A stretch of DNA of 24,000 bases from Clostridia bacterium (GCA_017517965.1 JAFWXR010000037.1:121764-145763), one strand, 5' to 3'; counted from the stretch's first letter, positions 6,862 to 12,943 are shown. The notes: a model not told the origin generated them from the sequence alone. Numbers and translations: made by a program.

Positions 6862-7875
6862 ATGAAAAAACATAAAAAACTTCTGCTTGTGTCGGCTTCG
6901 CCACATCTCAAGACGGCACAGGCTACATCGTGGATAATGTTCAACGTGCTTATTGCACTTTTACCTTCGTTTGTTGCATCGTGTTACTTTTTCGGACGAA
7001 GGGCGTTATTTATAACACTTATTTCGGTATCTTTTTCACTCGGCTTTGAGTATCTTTCAAGGCTGATGATGGGCAAACTTCCCACCGTAAGCGACCTCTC
7101 GTGTGTCGTGACGGGTGTTATCATTGCCTTTTGTCTGCCCGTAACGGTGCCCGTGTGGCTGGTTGCAGTAGCAAACTTTTTTGCTATTGTAATCGTCAAG
7201 CAGTGTTTTGGCGGAATAGGGCTCAACATCGTAAATCCGGCGGCGGCGGCGCTGTCGTTGCTGATGGTTTCCTTCACTGCCTCCATGACGAAATTTATTG
7301 CACCGCTTCTTGGCTTTGCGCAGATAATTCCCGAGGATGCAACGGTTGTGACAACGGCACTCTCACAACTCAAAGCAAGCGGGCAGACCCCTCAGAATTT
7401 ATTTAACATCTTTATGGGAAATACCGCAGGCAATATAGGTGAGACGTCGTCGTTTCTGCTTCTTATAGGCGGTGTATACCTGATTGTAAGACGTATTTCA
7501 AACTGGCGTATTCCCGTATCATTTATAGGTACGGTTGCGATTATTTCGCTTGTAAAGTCGTTTGACTTTACATTTATGCTGACGCAACTTTTCAGCGGTA
7601 CGCTTTTCCTTGCGGCATTCTTTATGGCGGTTGACCCCGTTACGTCGCCTCAGTCGCAGTCGGGCAAGGTGGTTTTCGGTGTTATATGCGGTGTTGCCAC
7701 CTGCTATATACGCTTCTTCGGCACTTATACGGAGGGTGCTGTGTTTGCGGTGCTCATTGCAAATCTCGTAACGCCTGTTATTGACAGCCTTTTACCCGTA
7801 AAATATAAGGGCGTCCGTACGGTTGAAAAGAAGAAACTGTCGGATTTTCTGCCTAAAAGGAGGAAAGCACAATGA
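6862..7875 (+). CDS. rnfD: RnfD subunit (polytopic membrane, NqrB/RnfD family)
   Basis: SASPH near the N-terminus, FGGIGLNIVNPA, DATVVTTALSQLK (position of the flavinylated Thr), AVDPVTSP and GAVFAVLIANLVTPVID. All match RnfD hallmarks. Confidence 0.9.
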   Translation: MKKHKKLLLVSASPHLKTAQATSWIMFNVLIALLPSFVASCYFFGRRALFITLISVSFSLGFEYLSRLMMGKLPTVSDLSCVVTGVIIAFCLPVTVPVWLVAVANFFAIVIVKQCFGGIGLNIVNPAAAALSLLMVSFTASMTKFIAPLLGFAQIIPEDATVVTTALSQLKASGQTPQNLFNIFMGNTAGNIGETSSFLLLIGGVYLIVRRISNWRIPVSFIGTVAIISLVKSFDFTFMLTQLFSGTLFLAAFFMAVDPVTSPQSQSGKVVFGVICGVATCYIRFFGTYTEGAVFAVLIANLVTPVIDSLLPVKYKGVRTVEKKKLSDFLPKRRKAQ

Positions 7876-8438
7876 AAGAATTTTTCCTCTCTACGCCCCT
7901 TCGCCGTGTGATAACGGCAGGTGTTGCAATTCTTCTGTCGTTCGGCATTATGGTCGGTGTGCTCACCCCTCTGCTTATATTCGGTGAGGACAGGGTTATA
8001 TCGGCTGCCGTAGCAAACGTTTTTCCCACGGCGACGGATTTTGAAGAAGAACACATAAGGTATGACAATGAAATAGAGTCTCTCTATGCCGTTATGACCG
8101 ATGAAACGGTGGCAGGTTACCTCTATAACGTAAATGCAAACGGCATTTCGGGACAGATAAATTTCTACGTCGGTCTTGATATGACGGGCAGGGTTATAGG
8201 TATATATTTCCCTTATCTTGATGAGCCCGTTTCCTACGGTGATATGACCGAGTTTAACAATTTTATAGCCTCTTTTACCGGCAGAACAGGCCCCTTTGCA
8301 GGGGTTGAGGGTGCGGCAACGCTCGCAGGGGACATATCTCTCGTAGGCGGTGCACATCACACCTGTTACGCGGTTATCGGCGGTGTCAATGCCGTGACGG
8401 AGGCTTTTAACGATGAATTTGCAAATGAGGCGGAATAA
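7872..8438 (+). CDS. rnfG: RnfG-like subunit (FMN_bind-type fold, membrane anchored)
   Basis: ATGA overlap with the rnfD stop, SD aggagg. N-terminal anchor helix, GISGQINFYVGLDMTGRVIG core, C-terminal ...LVGGAHHTCYAVIGGVNAVTEAF aligning to the SGATxTS region of RnfG/NqrC. Confidence 0.8.
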   Translation: MKEFFLSTPLRRVITAGVAILLSFGIMVGVLTPLLIFGEDRVISAAVANVFPTATDFEEEHIRYDNEIESLYAVMTDETVAGYLYNVNANGISGQINFYVGLDMTGRVIGIYFPYLDEPVSYGDMTEFNNFIASFTGRTGPFAGVEGAATLAGDISLVGGAHHTCYAVIGGVNAVTEAFNDEFANEAE

Positions 8439-9029
8439 ATGAAAATACGAAACTTCGCCTCGGGTGATATTTTTACCAGAAACCCGCTTTTGACGGGAGT
8501 TTGCTTTTTTACTCTCGTTATCACAATGACGATATCACTTCTCAACGGTCTGGCAACGGGCATCTTTGTGACCTGCGCCACCATGGTATCGCTCGTTGTG
8601 AGAAAGCTTATATCGCTTTACATTGACGAGAGGTGGCATCTTGCTCTTTACGCTCTGGCTGTCTGTGCCGTAATATCCGTCGGTGAACTGGCGGCAACGG
8701 CAATTTATCCCGACTTTGCTTCGAGAATGGCGCTCTATCTGCCTCTTGCGGCGATATACTGTCTTTCCGACAGGTCGTTTGACTTTACGGCAAAGCCTAT
8801 GCGTGCAACCGTTGAGACAACTCTTTTCAACTGTATCGGTTTTACGGCTGTCTGCACTGCAATAGGTACCGTGCGTGAGTTACTGGCTTTCGGCACGTTA
8901 CTCGGCATACCGGTGATGAAAAATTATCTTAAGATGCCTGCTATGGTGCTTCCAATAGGCGGTATGATAGTTTTCGCATTCGGTCTTGCACTTATTAACC
9001 ACATTAAAGGCAAAGGAGGCAAAATATGA
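8439..9029 (+). CDS. rnfE: RnfE subunit (NqrD/RnfE family membrane protein)
   Basis: RNPLLTGVCFF and LYLPLAAIYCL align to the NPxLxxxLGLCP and LPLIVTNC motifs. A GTVRELLAFGTLLG motif is present. Six hydrophobic helices. Correct position in the operon. Confidence 0.85.
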   Translation: MKIRNFASGDIFTRNPLLTGVCFFTLVITMTISLLNGLATGIFVTCATMVSLVVRKLISLYIDERWHLALYALAVCAVISVGELAATAIYPDFASRMALYLPLAAIYCLSDRSFDFTAKPMRATVETTLFNCIGFTAVCTAIGTVRELLAFGTLLGIPVMKNYLKMPAMVLPIGGMIVFAFGLALINHIKGKGGKI

Positions 9030-9583
9030 TAGAACTGCTTTCTCTTGTCATAACGGCAATGATTGCCGAAAATCTGCTCTGTGCAAGGGCTATGGGTATG
9101 GAAACGGCACTTTTTGACCGTCACGACTACCTGCATTTCGGCGTATTCACGGTTGTTTCGTCTACGGTGCTCTCACTTTTTGCGTGGCTTTTTGACTTCT
9201 TTGTGTTTGCCCGTTTCGACTTACAGTTTCTTCGTGTTTTTGCCTATATACCGCTTCTTTTTACGGTTGTATGGGCACTGCAGTATCTGCCGAAAATAGG
9301 CGTTCATCTTGAAAAATACAAAAATGCGCTTATTTTCAACAGCGCTCTGCTCGGTGTTGCGGTAATTACCGCAGTTAAGACCTATCCTGTCTATTACGCC
9401 GTGCTTTACGGCTTTTTTGCAGGACTCGGATACATCGTTGCACTGCTTTTGTTTAACAAACTGTGCAGCAGGATAAGTAATGCCGACCTGCCCCGTGCAT
9501 TTGTGGGTATGCCCTCAAAACTTCTTATTCTTGCCCTGATGTCTCTTGCTTCAATGGCATTTACGGGAGGTGTTACGGTATGA
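9026..9583 (+). CDS. rnfA: RnfA-like subunit (NqrE/RnfA family membrane protein, divergent)
   Basis: ATGA overlap with the rnfE stop, SD aaggagg. C-terminal ...ADLPRAFVGMPSKLLILALMSLASMAFTG matches the RnfA tail (VPxxFxGxxIxLIxAGLMSLAFMGF). Correct position in the operon. Confidence 0.8.
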   Translation: MIELLSLVITAMIAENLLCARAMGMETALFDRHDYLHFGVFTVVSSTVLSLFAWLFDFFVFARFDLQFLRVFAYIPLLFTVVWALQYLPKIGVHLEKYKNALIFNSALLGVAVITAVKTYPVYYAVLYGFFAGLGYIVALLLFNKLCSRISNADLPRAFVGMPSKLLILALMSLASMAFTGGVTV

Positions 9584-10197
9584 TTATTGCACTGAAAATA
9601 TTACTTGCGATTGTAATCGTCGCAGGAAGCGGTGCCCTTTGCATATTCTTTCTCAAGGATAAGATTCCTGCCGAGAAGAAGGGGCAGTCGGTGCCGACTC
9701 AAAGGCTTACGGCTGTCGTTGCCTGCTGCGGTAACGAGCAGAGTACCGACGTTTCTTTCGACTATGCGGGCGAGCTTACCTGTGAATCGGCGTCGCACCT
9801 TTTCGGTGGCGACAAGAGTTGTCCGTATGCCTGCATCGGCTACGGTGACTGTGAAAAGATCTGTCCCGAAAATGCAATTACCATGAAAAAAGGCCTGCCG
9901 GTCATAGATTCACTCAAATGCACCTTTTGTAAGAAGTGTATTGAAATATGTCCCAAGGGACTGATAAGACCGCAGAGCTCGTCGTTCTCCTACTACGTTG
10001 CGTGCAGTAACAAGCGTTTTTCCAAGACCGAAAAGTATTGCGATACGGGCTGTAACGGCTGCGGTAAGTGCATAGAGGTATGCGAAAAGAAGGCAATTTC
10101 CTACAACGGCAGACGAGTTATAATAGACGATAATCTCTGCGATTTATGCGGAAAATGCATAGAAGTCTGCGACAGAAACGTAATAAAACACGTGTAG
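9580..10197 (+). CDS. rnfB: RnfB-like ferredoxin subunit (short form: N-terminal anchor plus poly-ferredoxin region)
   Basis: ATGA overlap with the rnfA stop, SD gggaggtg. N-terminal TM helix, then CPYACIGYGDCEKICP, CTFCKKCIEICP, CNGCGKCIEVC and CDLCGKCIEVC cluster motifs. Last gene of the operon, followed by a terminator. Confidence 0.8.
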   Translation: MIIALKILLAIVIVAGSGALCIFFLKDKIPAEKKGQSVPTQRLTAVVACCGNEQSTDVSFDYAGELTCESASHLFGGDKSCPYACIGYGDCEKICPENAITMKKGLPVIDSLKCTFCKKCIEICPKGLIRPQSSSFSYYVACSNKRFSKTEKYCDTGCNGCGKCIEVCEKKAISYNGRRVIIDDNLCDLCGKCIEVCDRNVIKHV

Positions 10198-10226
10198 AAA
10201 AAGGCATCCAATGGATGCCTTTTTTT
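10198..10226. terminator. Bidirectional intrinsic terminator after rnfB
   Basis: A tract 10198-10202, stem ggcatcc (10203-10209) / ggatgcc (10213-10219), T tract 10220-10226. Confidence 0.8.
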
Positions 10227-10258
10227 AATTCGGAATTCGTAATTCGTAATTCGGAATT
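10227..10258 (-). repeat. Heptad array, 4.4 units (aattcgg aattcgt aattcgt aattcgg aatt on +). Left arm of cassette 2.
   Basis: Begins at the nucleotide immediately after the terminator T tract. Exact 7-nt register. Confidence 0.9.
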
Positions 10259-10265
10259 GAGGTTG

Positions 10266-10505
10266 TTAAAATGTTTCGTTATCTTTTTCAAAAATCTTCA
10301 TTGTAAGTCGGGTGGCTGTGTCAATGCCTTCTTCGTAATATTCCTCCATCATAATCTCTGATTGTTGCAGTTTCAGCAGGCTGATTGAATGATACAATTT
10401 TTTCTGTTCTTCACTTAAACTTTCAAGTAGATTATTTTGAAGTTCTCTGATTTTTTTGCTGTATTCTGAATATTGGGATTGTCTGTGAGAATTTTCAAAA
10501 AACAT
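10266..10505 (-). CDS. Small hypothetical helical protein (79 aa), divergent partner of the RHH gene
   Basis: ATG 10505 with SD gaggt 5 nt upstream on the minus strand. Product MFFENSHRQSQYSEYSKKIRELQNNLLESLSEEQKKLYHSISLLKLQQSEIMMEEYYEEGIDTATRLTMKIFEKDNETF has heptad-like hydrophobic spacing. No family confidently recognised. Confidence 0.6.
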   Translation of the reverse strand: MFFENSHRQSQYSEYSKKIRELQNNLLESLSEEQKKLYHSISLLKLQQSEIMMEEYYEEGIDTATRLTMKIFEKDNETF

Positions 10506-10518
10506 AGTATACCTCGAT

Positions 10519-10552
10519 ATATGTTATTAATATGTTATAAATCATAACATAT
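10519..10552. promoter_or_regulatory. Operator-like cluster of the 9-mer ATATGTTAT (two direct copies 11 bp apart plus one inverted copy)
   Basis: ATATGTTAT at 10519-10527 and 10530-10538, and ATAACATAT at 10544-10552. Copies 2 and 3 form a perfect 9-bp inverted repeat with a 5-bp spacer. A fourth copy at 10591-10599 overlaps the SD/ATG of the RHH gene. Confidence 0.55.
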
Positions 10553-10597
10553 TAAAGAAACTTAAGTCAACATATACTCTATGTGAGGTGATATGTT

Positions 10598-10786
10598 ATG
10601 AATGACAAACTCATTATAAACAAGAGGAAACTGAAAGGTGATGACGGATACAAAACCTTTTCAGTGAGGATAAAAGACGAAACGGTAGAAAACTTGAATA
10701 AATTGGCAAAAGAAACAAACCGTTCAAGAAATGAATTGATAAATATTTTGTTGGAATATGCTATAGCAAACAGCAAAATCGTGTAA
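10598..10786 (+). CDS. Ribbon-helix-helix (CopG/Arc/MetJ-like) DNA-binding protein, 62 aa
   Basis: SD gaggtg 7 nt upstream. KTFSVRIKDETVENLNKLAKETNRSRNELINILLEYAI follows the beta-strand, helix, helix pattern of RHH repressors. Confidence 0.75.
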   Translation: MNDKLIINKRKLKGDDGYKTFSVRIKDETVENLNKLAKETNRSRNELINILLEYAIANSKIV

Positions 10787-10822
10787 TTTCAATGATTTTT
10801 GATGAAATCAAAAATCTACCAT

Positions 10823-10854
10823 AATTACGCATTCCGCATTCCGAATTCCGCATT
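10823..10854 (+). repeat. Heptad array, 4.4 units (attacgc attccgc attccga attccgc att). Right arm of cassette 2.
   Basis: Exact 7-nt register. It abuts the terminator A tract at 10855. It is preceded by the hairpin gatttttga/tcaaaaatc (10794-10816) and the spacer TACCAT, the same spacer as at 12875-12880. Confidence 0.9.
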
Positions 10855-10886
10855 AAAAAAGAAGGACTTAAAGTCCTTCTTTTATT
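10855..10886. terminator. Bidirectional intrinsic terminator whose stem-loop contains the stop codon of the minus-strand DUF21-CBS gene
   Basis: A tract 10855-10860, stem gaaggact (10861-10868) / agtccttc (10872-10879), T-rich 10880-10886. The stop codon complement tta lies at 10868-10870. Confidence 0.75.
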
Positions 10887-12175
10887 GTTACCGTTATTTC
10901 TTCTGCCATTGTTTCGCTTGCTTTTGTTACCGCTATTGACAGACCCTCATACTCGATTTTCTGACACTGGGCAGGGATGTTTCCAAGCATCTCCGTAAGC
11001 CAGCCGTTTACGGTTAATACGTCAAGGTCTTCGGGCATTTCAAGTGAAAAATAATCGAAGAAAGCATTTATTTCGGTTGAACAAAGCACTTTATACGTGT
11101 TCTCACCGACTTTCTTGATATCTTCAATCGCTTCGTCACTCTCGTCCCATATCTCACCGACAAGTTCTTCTATTATATCCTCTATCGTTACGATACCAGC
11201 CGTGCCGCCGTATTCATTTACGACAATCACAATGTGAGTGTGCGTTTTCTGCATATTGCTCAGCAGTACGTCAAGATGCATACCCTCTGCCACGAACGTG
11301 GGCTCGAGAAGTATATTTTTGAGGGCAAAACCGTCTTTGGCATAGTTTAAAAGATAGTCCCTCGTGTGAAGTATGCCGACGATATTGTCCGTCGTCTCGG
11401 AATACACGGGAAGGCGTGAATACCTTTCCGTTTCTATGACGGAAAGAATCTCCTCCTGTGAGGCATCTGCCGACACGAAAACAACGTTTTCACGGGGCAT
11501 CATTACGTTTTCCGCAGTGAGCGCATCAAGCTTAAAGACGTTCTTTATGTAACTGATTTCATCGCTGTCAAACGTACCCTCGTCACCGCCTGCATCGAGC
11601 ATAAGCTCAATATCCTCCTGCGAAACCGCCTCTTCCTTTTCATTCGGGTCGATACCGAAGAGACGCAGTACGCCGTTTGTCGAAACCGTAAGAAGCCATA
11701 CGATAGGTCTGAGTGCAACCGCAAGTCCCGATATTGAACCGCAGACTGCTTCTGCAAACTTTTCCTTATGCTTCATTGCCACACGCTTGGGTACAAGTTC
11801 ACCGAGTACAAGTGTGAAGAATGAAAGCACGAGCGTTATCACAATGACCGATGCCGTGTTTACCGTACCGTATTGTGAAGCAGGCATATTGAAGGCCTTG
11901 ATGATAAAGCCTGTCAGCCTTTCGGCAAAATTGTCTGCCGCAAAAGCTGAGCCGAGAAAGCCTGCAAGCGTTATGCCTATCTGGATGGTTGAGAGAAAAC
12001 GTGTCGGCTCTTCAATCATCTTGAGCATTTTGACGGCTTTTTTGTCCCCGTCCTCCGCACGTGCTCTGAGTTTGATTTCGTTGAGTGATATTACGGCAAT
12101 CTCCGTTGCCGCAAAAAATGCATTGAGTAAAATTAGAATTAGCTGCAACAAAAGTTGTCGGGCTATGTCTGACAT
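10868..12175 (-). CDS. Hemolysin-family / CNNM-type protein (DUF21 + CBS pair + CorC_HlyC), third paralog in the window
   Basis: 435 aa. N-terminal DUF21 helices (LLNAFFAATEIAVISL), MMPRENVVFV, a CBS pair, GIVTIEDIIEELVGEIWDE and a C-terminal CorC_HlyC-like domain. Confidence 0.9.
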   Translation of the reverse strand: MSDIARQLLLQLILILLNAFFAATEIAVISLNEIKLRARAEDGDKKAVKMLKMIEEPTRFLSTIQIGITLAGFLGSAFAADNFAERLTGFIIKAFNMPASQYGTVNTASVIVITLVLSFFTLVLGELVPKRVAMKHKEKFAEAVCGSISGLAVALRPIVWLLTVSTNGVLRLFGIDPNEKEEAVSQEDIELMLDAGGDEGTFDSDEISYIKNVFKLDALTAENVMMPRENVVFVSADASQEEILSVIETERYSRLPVYSETTDNIVGILHTRDYLLNYAKDGFALKNILLEPTFVAEGMHLDVLLSNMQKTHTHIVIVVNEYGGTAGIVTIEDIIEELVGEIWDESDEAIEDIKKVGENTYKVLCSTEINAFFDYFSLEMPEDLDVLTVNGWLTEMLGNIPAQCQKIEYEGLSIAVTKASETMAEEITVTIKEGL

Positions 12176-12251
12176 GATGTCCTCCTATAAATATTGAAAT
12201 GTATATATATTACAGTAAAACAATGTGTTTGTCAAATTTATTACATAATTG

Positions 12252-12280
12252 TTGATTTTTATTTACAGTTATTTTAAAAT
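12252..12280 (+). promoter_or_regulatory. Candidate promoter (TTGATT-17-TAAAAT) for the ECF S-component-like gene
   Basis: TTGATT 12252-12257, 17-nt spacer, TAAAAT 12275-12280, 29 nt upstream of ATG 12309. Confidence 0.45.
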
Positions 12281-12308
12281 TGACTGTATGAACAGGGGGA
12301 GATTTAAA

Positions 12309-12836
12309 ATGTCAAACGTGAAAAAGACGGTCATTTCGGCACTGTGTGTCGCTCTGTGTGTCGTGCTGCCGATGGCTTTTCATGCTATACCCGGGGCGGC
12401 AAATGTATGCTCGCCCATGCATATTCCCGTGCTTTTGTGCGGTCTTATCTGCGGTCCGCTGTACGGTCTGCTTTGCGGTCTCGCAGGACCTGCTTTGTCA
12501 ACGCTTCTGACGGGTATGCCACCTGCGGCGTATCTGCCGAGTATGCTTGCCGAGCTTGCCGTTTACGGTCTTGTAACGGGCGTTATGATGAGGCTTGTAC
12601 ACACCGGAAAAAAGTATGCCGACCTTTACATAAGTTTAGTTACCGCAATGCTTATGGGCAGGGTGGTTGCAGGTATTCTCAGGGCATTTGTTTTTGCCCC
12701 CGGAAGTTACTCGATGAGTGTCTGGATAACGAGTTATTTTATTACCTCATGGCCGGGGATAGTTATTCATCTCATCCTCGTGCCGACGGTATATTTTGCA
12801 GTTAAAAAAAGTAATGTTTTAACGGTTAATTCGTGA
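12309..12836 (+). CDS. ECF-transporter S-component-like membrane protein (substrate unknown)
   Basis: Preferred start is Met21 of the track ORF (ATG 12309, SD ggggga 8 nt upstream). SPMHIPVLLCGLICGPLYGLLCGLAGPALSTLLTGMPP ... MLAELAVYGLVTG matches the PMHIPVLLxG...GMP signature I associate with ECF_trnsprt-type S components. No EcfA/EcfT genes are adjacent. Confidence 0.7.
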   Translation: MSNVKKTVISALCVALCVVLPMAFHAIPGAANVCSPMHIPVLLCGLICGPLYGLLCGLAGPALSTLLTGMPPAAYLPSMLAELAVYGLVTGVMMRLVHTGKKYADLYISLVTAMLMGRVVAGILRAFVFAPGSYSMSVWITSYFITSWPGIVIHLILVPTVYFAVKKSNVLTVNS

Positions 12837-12854
12837 ATTGCACCGTTATTCAAT

Positions 12855-12874
12855 GAAACTTCCAAGGAAGTTTC
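12855..12874. repeat. Hairpin module gaaacttcc-aa-ggaagtttc (second copy of the 3281-3301 module)
   Basis: Arms differ from the 3281-3301 copy at one position per arm, and the change is compensatory (g:c becomes c:g). It is followed by TACCAT and then the heptad array. Confidence 0.6.
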
Positions 12875-12880
12875 TACCAT

Positions 12881-12912
12881 AATTCCGCATTCCGAATTCC
12901 GCATTCCGAATT
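12881..12912 (+). repeat. Heptad array, 4.4 units (attccgc attccga attccgc attccga att)
   Basis: Perfect alternation of the two commonest units. It abuts the terminator A tract at 12913. Confidence 0.9.
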
Positions 12913-12943
12913 AAAAAAAGCAGTCCGTCGGGACTGCTTTTTT
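12913..12943. terminator. Bidirectional intrinsic terminator (lipid kinase gene on minus, ECF-S-like gene on plus)
   Basis: A tract 12913-12919, stem gcagtcc (12920-12926) / ggactgc (12931-12937), loop gtcg, T tract 12938-12943. It lies 1 nt from the stop at 12945-12947. Confidence 0.85.

Noticed and set aside
7725-8360. 211-aa minus-strand ORF overlapping the rnfD/rnfG junction
   Set aside because: It is an antisense shadow of two well-supported, translationally coupled genes. The product is Cys/Arg/Tyr-rich and of low plausibility, with no SD.
3341-10786. Calling the two cassettes classical type II toxin-antitoxin systems
   Set aside because: In both cases the regulator and the small protein are divergently transcribed rather than forming a co-directional operon. 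Neither small protein shows a toxin fold I can recognise. I kept this only as an untested possibility in the findings.
12344-12805. 153-aa alternative-frame ORF inside the ECF-S-like gene
   Set aside because: The product is Arg/Cys/Ser-rich and of low complexity. It overlaps a frame with clear membrane-protein periodicity and a family signature.
3256-12912. Heptad arrays as a CRISPR array or as coding tandem repeats
   Set aside because: The units are 7 nt with no spacers, the arrays are only 18-32 nt long, and they are dispersed singly. A 7-nt period breaks any reading frame, and no ORF with an SD spans them.
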